The notes under the pieces: model-generated
The model's input: only the letters and a program-made list of their open reading frames with translations
Told to the model about the DNA's origin: nothing
Databases searched by the model: none
Translations under genes and position numbers: made by a program
Assembly (NCBI GenBank): GCA_965279035.1
Contig: OZ257142.1
Span: 864,001 to 928,000 of the forward strand
Direction of reading: 5' to 3'
DNA length: 64,000 bases
Source of the DNA: Bacteroidia bacterium
GTDB taxonomy: Bacteria > Bacteroidota > Bacteroidia > M30B66
Shown here: in pieces, positions 45,296 through 53,308 of the stretch
How positions within the stretch are numbered: the stretch's first letter is position 1
Layout of the letters: each line of letters begins with the position of its first letter

Positions 45296-45357
45296 GGAAG
45301 AAAAGAAAGCAAATGTATCAAAAGTTCAAACAAGCAAACAGGATGTTTGAAAAGTCC

Positions 45358-45945
45358 TTATTCGGAATGTTCTTGCTCGATGAGTAAGTCTTTCGGACTA
45401 ATAACAGGTTCTTCAATAATAGCCTCTGAATAGGATTTTAAAGAATCTAAACCTGTTTCCATTTCATCACCCAAGAGTTGATTAATCATCAACCCATACA
45501 ATCGCCCCAATGGATAATCCAATTCGCCTTTGCTTGTCCAGGTTACGTTTGTTCCATTTTCGGTGGTATCGAACTTCCAGATATCATCCAATTGCATTTT
45601 AGCTGGACTAGCAATGTTGATTTTATTAACGATTAAAGAAAATGGATTGCATTCGCTGATTGTAATAGTACCATCGCCCATTTCTTCACCCGTAAAATGA
45701 TTTGAATGACCTTGCTGTCCAGCAATACCAGTAAAGCTATTCTTTGAAATCGGATCTTTGATATTCCAAGGTGCCCACTCTTTCCAAGTGCTGAAATCGC
45801 TCACTTGGTTGTATACAGTTTTAGAAGAGGTATTGATTTCAATAGAACGACTAATGGAAAAGGTACTGGGAAGAAATAGTGCAATAGCTAAAACCATTGC
45901 AATAAAGGCAATGATGATAAGTATTGTTTTTTTCAGAATCCGCAT
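45358..45945 (-). CDS. SRPBCC/START-fold protein with N-terminal membrane anchor
   Basis: LPSTFSISRSIEIN…VYNQVSDFSTWKEWAPW…GTNVTW…GLDSLK. Confidence 0.82.
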   Translation of the reverse strand: MRILKKTILIIIAFIAMVLAIALFLPSTFSISRSIEINTSSKTVYNQVSDFSTWKEWAPWNIKDPISKNSFTGIAGQQGHSNHFTGEEMGDGTITISECNPFSLIVNKINIASPAKMQLDDIWKFDTTENGTNVTWTSKGELDYPLGRLYGLMINQLLGDEMETGLDSLKSYSEAIIEEPVISPKDLLIEQEHSE

Positions 45946-46002
45946 AGGCTATCTTGCTTATTCTTCAAAAATAAGAAAAAGACCTTCCGGATTTGGGCTT
46001 TA

Positions 46003-46614
46003 TTATTTGATCAAACTAAGTCCTTCTAATGCAGAGCTATCGTCGGGACGAATTAATAGAGCTTTGGTAAATAGTACTTTAGCTTCACGAGTTCTTCCCA
46101 TTTGAAGATAACTCCATGCATTCATCGTAACACTATCATAATCGAATGGATAAAGATTCATCACTCGTTCGAAATATTTTTGTGCTGTTGGATAATCTTT
46201 ACGACTATAATAAATCATCCCTGTTCTGAAATTAACCAAAGAATTTTGAGCATCTATTTCTAGAACCTTTTTGTACTGAACAATCACTTGATCCCAATTT
46301 CCTAAGCCCGAAGCAGGTAGAACATAGCCTAATTTTGCTTCAATCGAATAGGGTTTTAAGCTGATTGCATTTTGGTAATAGGTCATGCTTTGTGTAAACT
46401 GCCCTGCTTCATAACACAAATAGCCCAAGCGAATATTGATTTCATAGGAATCTTCACGATAAACTTCCTTCATGATCGCTATCGCTTTGGTGAATTCAGA
46501 TTTTGTTTCAAGTGAATAACTTGCTTTGAATGCAGCTATTTCTTTATCGTCGGTTGCCCATGCAGAAAAAGAAAATTGAAGTCCGAAAAGCAGTAGGAGC
46601 AGAGCATTTTTCAT
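46003..46614 (-). CDS. Exported tetratricopeptide repeat protein (last gene of PqqD/ATP-grasp operon)
   Basis: Sec signal (…FSAWA|TDD), about 5 TPR-like repeats (RLGYLCY…YQNAISLKP; ALLIRPDD). Confidence 0.82.
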   Translation of the reverse strand: MKNALLLLLFGLQFSFSAWATDDKEIAAFKASYSLETKSEFTKAIAIMKEVYREDSYEINIRLGYLCYEAGQFTQSMTYYQNAISLKPYSIEAKLGYVLPASGLGNWDQVIVQYKKVLEIDAQNSLVNFRTGMIYYSRKDYPTAQKYFERVMNLYPFDYDSVTMNAWSYLQMGRTREAKVLFTKALLIRPDDSSALEGLSLIK

Positions 46615-46637
46615 TTTGGATTATTATTATGTTGAAA

Positions 46638-48860
46638 TTAAAGTTGATGTTGTTCGTCAATTGAGCGGGCAATAATGCGTTGAGATCCGTTTTTAGCAGA
46701 AATGCGTGTGATCCGGTTATGATTTAACTCGATTTCGAAAACATGTTGACTAAGTCTTTTTCCTCCAACCGAAATATGAATTTGCGATCTCAACACCATG
46801 TGTCTTGGGTTGAAATTATTATCAATATCGGTGTATTCGAGATTAAATTGAACATGCAAAAATTGCCAAAACGGAGCAATAAAATCCTGCATCGTTCGTA
46901 GAATCCCATTGCGCAAGGTATTGAGCGGAAGTTTATCTCGAAGAATAACATCGGGATAATATCCTAACAAAACCTGATAACAACCCAAGTAGAATTGATA
47001 GAGTAGCGATTTTCTATCTCCATGAAAACTCAAAAAATAAAACATCGTCCCATTGTTGAGCAGATAAGCATACGCTCCCGTGTTATGACAATAGATATAG
47101 GCTTGATTGTAAATGTTGACGCGTACTTCCCATTTTACCTCGGTTTTCTTTGATCCTTCTTCGACTTCAAACAATAAAATTTGTCCGGGAATAAATCCAA
47201 ACGCATCTTTGAGTAGTTGGTTGATTTCTACATTCTGAATGTGTTCGTCCTTTTTCGGGATTTCGAAACAGATTAAACGGTGTTGATTCGATTCTTCTCG
47301 CAAATAGTAGCTTACAGGCCAAGAAAGCGTTGGCGAACCTACATATGGAGTTGCCTGTAATTGAAAATGAATATGTGGAACGGGCGATCTACCAGAATTT
47401 CCAAGCGTTGCTAGAATATCTCCTTTTCGAACATAATCACCGAGAGAAACGCGAAAAGATCCCATGTGGAGATGAGAAAGTTGAGAATACAAATATTCCC
47501 CATGCTTAATGACAATGCTGTTTCCCCAGTTATTTTCCAGATTGACTTTGCCAGGTTCATTGTCTTCGATGTTGGCGTGAATATCTACTACGAGTCCATC
47601 GGCGGGCGCCAAAACCGGTTTCTGGAAAGAATAGTAATCTTTTAGTTCGATGCCGTTGTTCTGAAACTCTTCGCCTTCTTCATCTTGAACACTAAAATCG
47701 AGCGCATGTCGCCATTCACTTTTATGTGTGTGATCTCCATCATAGCCTTGAGTAACGGTCCATTTTCCAAAGAAAGGTAATTGAACAAGGATGGCTGTGG
47801 ATTTTCGAAAACGTTCCACACCCGTTGAAAAACTGTACAAATTATTTTCGGGAGAAAAATGCTGAATGCCTGTTAGGTGAAGGAATCGAGGCCAAGTTCT
47901 CATTTTCAATAAATAGAGAAACAGAACCACCATGATGTTAAACGGCATCGAATACAAAGGCAGCTGAACAACAAGCAGCGCAACGGCAAGAGAACTATTC
48001 AATACAGCAATCAAGGGAGTAATGATCATCACCGTGAGGTAAGACCAAGTGCTTGGAATTAGAAAAAAGCCTCCTATCGCAATTGCACTCAAAATAAAAT
48101 TGAATCCAATGTAACTGTATGTCAACTGGTTGATGTCACCACCAACAAAGGAGTAAAACAGATATCCGGTATAAAATCCTAAGAGCGAAAGAGTGAATGC
48201 AATGCGTGAATAAACTATTAAAGCAATTGCCGCAACAACACCTACTATTAGATTGTATTGAAAAAACACTGCACCGAGTGATCTGAAATAAACTCCAAGA
48301 TGCAAGGGTAATTGGTAGTTTTCGATGTTCATCATCAAATCGACAAACTTCTGACCGCCAATACTATACAGCTCATTGTATGCATAAATTCCACGCTCAC
48401 TCAATTCAAGTGCATCGTACGAACGCGCTGCTAATAATATTAGCCAAATGGTGAAAATGAAGGGGAAACTTAGAAATGGAAGTCCTTTCACCGAGAAAGT
48501 ACCATACAACCAAACGGTTAGCAACAAACATAGTAGTGCTGCAAAAAATAATACGGCTAAAAAGGGAAGATTAAACTGATAGTAAACACCTAAGCAAAGT
48601 CCAACGGATAAGCTATTAAAGCTATAAACACCCGTTCGAATAAAGGCATGATTTAATCCGAGAATTCGGGAAGCAATCTGAGTAATCAGCACTGCTACCA
48701 ATCCACTTAAACCAGCATAAAAATCGACAAACGTAACTAGCAGTAAAAGTACAGCCAATGCTTTCTTTTGGGAGAAAAACACTTGGGCATAACTGAGTAG
48801 AACTCCTTCTCCAAAGTCCTTCAAATACGGCAAGTACTTTTTAAAAGGGGCATTCCCCAT
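46638..48860 (-). CDS. Urea-transporter (UT) fold membrane domain fused to M23 metallopeptidase and unknown C-terminal domain
   Basis: Two hydrophobic repeats with QVFF/AVFFQ, GVYSFN/IGFN and LSFPF/YSMPF; then M23 motifs HTHK…ALDF, PVLAPADG, GNSIVIKH, LSHL, GNSGRSPVPHIHFQ. Confidence 0.8.
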   Translation of the reverse strand: MGNAPFKKYLPYLKDFGEGVLLSYAQVFFSQKKALAVLLLLVTFVDFYAGLSGLVAVLITQIASRILGLNHAFIRTGVYSFNSLSVGLCLGVYYQFNLPFLAVLFFAALLCLLLTVWLYGTFSVKGLPFLSFPFIFTIWLILLAARSYDALELSERGIYAYNELYSIGGQKFVDLMMNIENYQLPLHLGVYFRSLGAVFFQYNLIVGVVAAIALIVYSRIAFTLSLLGFYTGYLFYSFVGGDINQLTYSYIGFNFILSAIAIGGFFLIPSTWSYLTVMIITPLIAVLNSSLAVALLVVQLPLYSMPFNIMVVLFLYLLKMRTWPRFLHLTGIQHFSPENNLYSFSTGVERFRKSTAILVQLPFFGKWTVTQGYDGDHTHKSEWRHALDFSVQDEEGEEFQNNGIELKDYYSFQKPVLAPADGLVVDIHANIEDNEPGKVNLENNWGNSIVIKHGEYLYSQLSHLHMGSFRVSLGDYVRKGDILATLGNSGRSPVPHIHFQLQATPYVGSPTLSWPVSYYLREESNQHRLICFEIPKKDEHIQNVEINQLLKDAFGFIPGQILLFEVEEGSKKTEVKWEVRVNIYNQAYIYCHNTGAYAYLLNNGTMFYFLSFHGDRKSLLYQFYLGCYQVLLGYYPDVILRDKLPLNTLRNGILRTMQDFIAPFWQFLHVQFNLEYTDIDNNFNPRHMVLRSQIHISVGGKRLSQHVFEIELNHNRITRISAKNGSQRIIARSIDEQHQL

Positions 48861-48867
48861 AAAATGC

Positions 48868-50226
48868 TTAGAGTTTGAACGACTTTAAATGAGCAGGCAT
48901 TTCTTCTTGAGCATTGAGGTCGTCGACCGTTTCTTTCCTTCGGATGATATGCGTTTTGCTATCCATATCAATCAAAACCACATTGGGTCTCATCGCAATG
49001 AATTGCATCCATTGAGTCATATTGTATGCACCAACTGTGTGTATCACCACTTGATCGCCTTTGTTCAATGGTGGCAAAGTTACATTTTCCCTAAGTACAT
49101 CGATGTTCATGCACAGTGGTCCGTAAATCACAGCGTTTTCGGTATGATGTCCGCTGGCTTGTACTGGAGAAATGCGGTGGTCATACCAAAAGGAAGTAAA
49201 CAAAAGATTCACGCCCATATCCATCACCAATGCGCGTCGTCCATCGGAAAGGCGTTTGTTTGCGATAACTGATCCTGCCAAATATCCAGCTTCATCAATC
49301 AGCGCTCTTCCCGATTCAAGAATGAGCATGGGGAGATCTTCTTTTGTAAAACCAGCATTTAACAAGGTTGTGCAAATGGCTTCAGCGTAATCATCAAAGT
49401 TTGGTATCACATCACTTCCCGGAAGAAACGAACCTTTGAGTGTATTTTTAGAAGCGAAACCACCACCTAAATCAACGTATTCGATCGATTTGTTGTGATG
49501 CTTTTTTATTCCTAATGCCAAATCGGCTAGCTTGTTTGCAGCAACAGCGTAGGCATTTGGCGAAAGCATGAATGTTCCAATATGACAATGCAAGCCAACC
49601 AAATCCATTTTATCGGTAAGGATGATTTTATTGATCGCATCCCAAGCTTGACCGTTTTCATAGTTAAATCCAAAACGATCCCACATTGGATAAATGCCTG
49701 TGTCCATATTCACACGAATAGCAACACGTGGGCGTTTTTTGGTTGAATTACAGATTTCGATAATCTGATAGAGTTCATCCAAATGGTCGATGTGAATCAA
49801 TGAATCGTTATCAATCGCTAAACGAAGATCGCTTTCCGTTTTTTCGGGACCATTGAAAATGATATTCTTTCCTTTAACGCCATTTCCAAGAGCTTTTTTG
49901 TATTCGAAAATGGAAACTACTTCTGCCCAAGAACCTTCTTGATGAAAAATATTACAAACAGCATTGATGTAATTCGTCTTGTATGACCAAGCAAATTGAA
50001 CCTTCGGGTAACGAGATGTAAATGCACGACGGGCGTCTCGGTATGTTTGACGAATTTTTCGTTCGGAAATAATGAAAACAGGAGATCCATATTTATCAAT
50101 CATCTCTTTTACCGAAACTCCGTCAATTTGACTTACTGGATCATGTAAAGAACGTGTTCCAAATTTATTGCTTACGCCTCCATTGAGTGAAGTTATAATT
50201 GGGCGTTCGTATCTAAGCTTTGTCAT
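48868..50226 (-). CDS. Fold-type III PLP-dependent decarboxylase (LysA/ODC/BtrK-like, divergent)
   Basis: WSYKTN (PLP Lys83), FNGPEK, RFG, GLHCHIGT, DLGGGF, ESGR, GPLCMNID, VGAY. Confidence 0.85.
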   Translation of the reverse strand: MTKLRYERPIITSLNGGVSNKFGTRSLHDPVSQIDGVSVKEMIDKYGSPVFIISERKIRQTYRDARRAFTSRYPKVQFAWSYKTNYINAVCNIFHQEGSWAEVVSIFEYKKALGNGVKGKNIIFNGPEKTESDLRLAIDNDSLIHIDHLDELYQIIEICNSTKKRPRVAIRVNMDTGIYPMWDRFGFNYENGQAWDAINKIILTDKMDLVGLHCHIGTFMLSPNAYAVAANKLADLALGIKKHHNKSIEYVDLGGGFASKNTLKGSFLPGSDVIPNFDDYAEAICTTLLNAGFTKEDLPMLILESGRALIDEAGYLAGSVIANKRLSDGRRALVMDMGVNLLFTSFWYDHRISPVQASGHHTENAVIYGPLCMNIDVLRENVTLPPLNKGDQVVIHTVGAYNMTQWMQFIAMRPNVVLIDMDSKTHIIRRKETVDDLNAQEEMPAHLKSFKL

Positions 50227-50237
50227 TCTAGTTTGTA

Positions 50238-51281
50238 TTAAAGTTCACCAATGGTTGATATTTTCTGAAAGTCGGAGAGCGAAACAATATTGTCCCAAGA
50301 ATAGCGGACAAATAATTTCCCTATATCGTATGTTGTAAAAGGCTCAACATCTTCGCCAAATGCTAATTGCACTGCGGCTGCCGGCATATTTTGTCCACAA
50401 GCAACCGGCAAATAAACCCAAGCAGGAAAGCGCGGATTTATTTCTACGATGTACATTTTTCCTTCTTTGTCTTTGATTAGTTCGAGCTCCATTCCACCGC
50501 GCCATTTGTTGGCAGCAATGAGTGTATGCGTCATTTCGAGTAATTGAGGCTCATCGAGCGTTATGCCTGCCCAAGCTTTTCCCTTATCAGTAATGAATTG
50601 CTTTCTCATGGGAACAGCTCCAATGGTATTTCCTTTTCCATCGCCCAAGGCAGTTACATTGTATTCGTTACCATAAACGAATTGCTGAAAAATGATGGGC
50701 AAACCCCATTTCGCTTGAAGCTTATTGAAATAGGAATACACTTGTTCTTGGTTGTAAGCAATGTAGGCTTCATAGTATTTGCCTTTCACTACTACTGGAA
50801 ATTCAAATTGCTGAAGTACAGATGGAACTTCTGAAATAGAACTTACTGTGATAGAAAGCGGAACGTTCAATCCGTATTTTATTCCAAATTCAGAAAGACG
50901 GTATTTATGTCGTTCCTCAAATTGATCAATGGTAGGAAGGAATGTTTTGATTCCCATTTGATCAAGAACTGGAGCCAGTTTCATGAATGTGAAAAGCTCT
51001 GCATCGAAATTGGGAAAAATAAAATCGAGTTTCTCTTGTTGATGAATGTATTCTAAACGTAGTAAGAGATTGTCTGAACCTTCGGAAGGAAAAGGAACAG
51101 AATAACTTTTATCTACCAAATCGTGCATGTAAAGTCCGGGTTCCAAATGATCGTAGGAAAGTCCAATGATTCGAACATCTTTTCCTTTCCAATCTCTCAA
51201 AGCACGTATAACTGGAATTCCCGGTCCAGGATTATCGGTATTGTTAAGTCCCGAAACTGCAATGGTTAATTGCTCTTTCAT
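50238..51281 (-). CDS. ATP-grasp carboxylate-amine ligase
   Basis: FPNFDAEL, FPVVVKG, QQFVYGNEY, ELELIK, EINPRFP. Confidence 0.88.
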   Translation of the reverse strand: MKEQLTIAVSGLNNTDNPGPGIPVIRALRDWKGKDVRIIGLSYDHLEPGLYMHDLVDKSYSVPFPSEGSDNLLLRLEYIHQQEKLDFIFPNFDAELFTFMKLAPVLDQMGIKTFLPTIDQFEERHKYRLSEFGIKYGLNVPLSITVSSISEVPSVLQQFEFPVVVKGKYYEAYIAYNQEQVYSYFNKLQAKWGLPIIFQQFVYGNEYNVTALGDGKGNTIGAVPMRKQFITDKGKAWAGITLDEPQLLEMTHTLIAANKWRGGMELELIKDKEGKMYIVEINPRFPAWVYLPVACGQNMPAAAVQLAFGEDVEPFTTYDIGKLFVRYSWDNIVSLSDFQKISTIGEL

Positions 51282-51529
51282 AGTTTTTCGGCTAGTTGTT
51301 GATTGAGAAGAAGTTGAATAAATTCATACAAATCCTTATCAATCGTTTTTTCATCCGTTTCGTATCGATCGACCAAGTTTTTAATGATTTCTTCTTGCGA
51401 GCGATTCTCTTTCAAGAGCTGGATGATTTCAACCCCAATTGGGTTTACTGAATATGAATCACCGGTTCCGGGATCGAAAACGAAACCGCTATCACTTAAT
51501 GCAATGTTGCTTTTTATGCGGATATTCAT
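51278..51529 (-). CDS. Stand-alone PqqD-family / RiPP recognition element (RRE) protein
   Basis: 83 aa; FVFDPGTGDSYSVNPIGVEIIQLL…EEIIKNLVDRYETDEKTIDKDLYEFIQLL matches the three-strand plus three-helix PqqD pattern. Confidence 0.85.
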   Translation of the reverse strand: MNIRIKSNIALSDSGFVFDPGTGDSYSVNPIGVEIIQLLKENRSQEEIIKNLVDRYETDEKTIDKDLYEFIQLLLNQQLAEKL

Positions 51530-51620
51530 ACAAATAGATTTTTCCCTTTCAGGAGATGAATTTTAAAGAGACCGCAAGACCTAGGGTTTTTAAAGTGGTT
51601 TAATTTCCCAATTTTATTTT

Positions 51621-52496
51621 TTAGGGAATAATTACTTTAAGTGAGGACGGAATCATTGAAAATTGAAGTTCATTCGATTGATTTACAGGTTCTCCATCAA
51701 TATTGACTAAGCCACTTTTTTCACGAATAATTTTTACGGAATTTGAAACGAACGAGACCGTATTTACATGATTATCGATTGTTCCACGAAATAATTTGAT
51801 GGCCAATCCTGGTGCATCTTTCCAAGAACATTGTTTTAAAAGCGTGATGTGAAATAGTCCATCACTTAACATTGCTTTGGGAGCAATAAACGCATTGTTG
51901 CCGAATTGTGGACCATTGCATACAGTCATGAGAAAAGCATCCTGTTCGAATGTTTCTCCATTGATTTCAATCACTAAATGTTCGGGGCGAAACTGATTAA
52001 ACTCTTTTAGGGTGATTTTAGCGTAATTCAATAATCCTCTATTTACCGAATGATGAAACATTCCAGCAACGTGCGCGTCAAAACCAACGCCTGCCAAATT
52101 CATAAATGGAACACCATTCAAAGATCCCGTATCCATGAGAATTAATTTCCCCGATTCAATGATTCGAACGGCTTTTTCAATGTCAAAGGGAATTCCGAGG
52201 CTTCTTGCTAGACCATTGCCCGAACCCATGGGAATGATACCTAATGAAGTATTCGAATGAATGAGTTGTGATCCAATGATATTGATCGTTCCATCACCAC
52301 CAACAGCTATCACCGAATTTATTTTTTCAGCAATGGCTTCCTGTGTTTTTTCGCGTGTTTCTGAAACAGAAGTGCTAAAACATATATCAACATCCAAGTG
52401 AGTTTTGATGCATGCTTTTTCAATCAATGCTGGAATGCGCGTTTTGTTTTTTCCACCCGAAACGGGATTGATTATAAAACGAACACGCTGCTTCAC
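51621..52496 (-). CDS. YegS/DgkB-family lipid (diacylglycerol) kinase
   Basis: IINPVSG, VGGDGT, IPMGSGNGLA, GVGFDA, IDGE. Confidence 0.92.
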   Translation of the reverse strand: MKQRVRFIINPVSGGKNKTRIPALIEKACIKTHLDVDICFSTSVSETREKTQEAIAEKINSVIAVGGDGTINIIGSQLIHSNTSLGIIPMGSGNGLARSLGIPFDIEKAVRIIESGKLILMDTGSLNGVPFMNLAGVGFDAHVAGMFHHSVNRGLLNYAKITLKEFNQFRPEHLVIEINGETFEQDAFLMTVCNGPQFGNNAFIAPKAMLSDGLFHITLLKQCSWKDAPGLAIKLFRGTIDNHVNTVSFVSNSVKIIREKSGLVNIDGEPVNQSNELQFSMIPSSLKVIIP

Positions 52497-53308
52497 TTCG
52501 ATTCTTTTGCGAATTGTTGACGAATAACTTGAAGTAATTCATCATTCATCAATCCATTACCAGCAAGTAATTCTTTGCCAAACAGATACTCATTTCCACC
52601 CGAATAATCGGAAACTGTACCGCCTGCTTGTTGAACGATGAATGTTCCAGCAGCAACATCCCATGGACTTAATCCATATTCATAAAAAGCTTCGAATCTA
52701 CCGCAGGCAACGTAAGCTAAATCGATAGCTGCTGATCCCAATCGTCTCACTCCGTGTGAGTTTCTAAGTAGATGCATAAACAAACGCATCCATTCTTCCA
52801 ATCGGCCTTCATCCCGGTATGGGAATCCGGTAACGATAAGCGAATCTTTCAACCGATTCCGATTGGAAACACGAATTGGCTTGTTGTTGAGATAGGCATT
52901 TCCGCCTGCAACGGCATGAAAGCATTCATCGTTACTTATTTCATAAACCACCCCAAGAATAACTCGTTCGTTTTGCATCAATGCGATACTGATGCAATAG
53001 AGTGGCAAGCCATGAATAAAATTGGTTGTTCCATCAATAGGATCAATCACCCAGCGAAACTCTTTATTTTCTTGAGCAATGGTATTTTCTTCGGTGATAA
53101 AACCAGATTCGGGAAGTAAAATACTCAACTCACTCACTAGCAGAGTTTCGGCTGCTTTATCGACATAGGTCACGAAATCGTTTAAGCCTTTTGATTCGAT
53201 GCTCGATTCGGTAAGACGTTTTTGTTCCAGTTGAATGAACTTTCCAACTTCACGACTAATGGCGCAAACCTCAGCACACAGGGATTCAAGATCTTCAGGA
53301 AGCGACAT
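52493..53308 (-). CDS. suhB: Inositol monophosphatase family protein
   Basis: DFVTYVD, WVIDPIDGTTNF, RRLGSAAIDL, WDVAAG; start ATG at 53308. Confidence 0.9.
   Translation of the reverse strand: MSLPEDLESLCAEVCAISREVGKFIQLEQKRLTESSIESKGLNDFVTYVDKAAETLLVSELSILLPESGFITEENTIAQENKEFRWVIDPIDGTTNFIHGLPLYCISIALMQNERVILGVVYEISNDECFHAVAGGNAYLNNKPIRVSNRNRLKDSLIVTGFPYRDEGRLEEWMRLFMHLLRNSHGVRRLGSAAIDLAYVACGRFEAFYEYGLSPWDVAAGTFIVQQAGGTVSDYSGGNEYLFGKELLAGNGLMNDELLQVIRQQFAKESK

Noticed and set aside
51278-51529. PQQ biosynthesis or lasso peptide cluster
   Set aside because: No pqqA/B/C/E, radical SAM-SPASM enzyme, lasso cyclase or B2 transglutaminase-like protease nearby.
48889-51566. Small ORFs overlapping the RRE operon (48889-49272, 49172-49390, 49917-50099, 50544-50834, 51384-51566) as candidate RiPP precursors
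   Set aside because: All overlap enzyme genes (antisense or alternative frame) and lack leader or core-like features.
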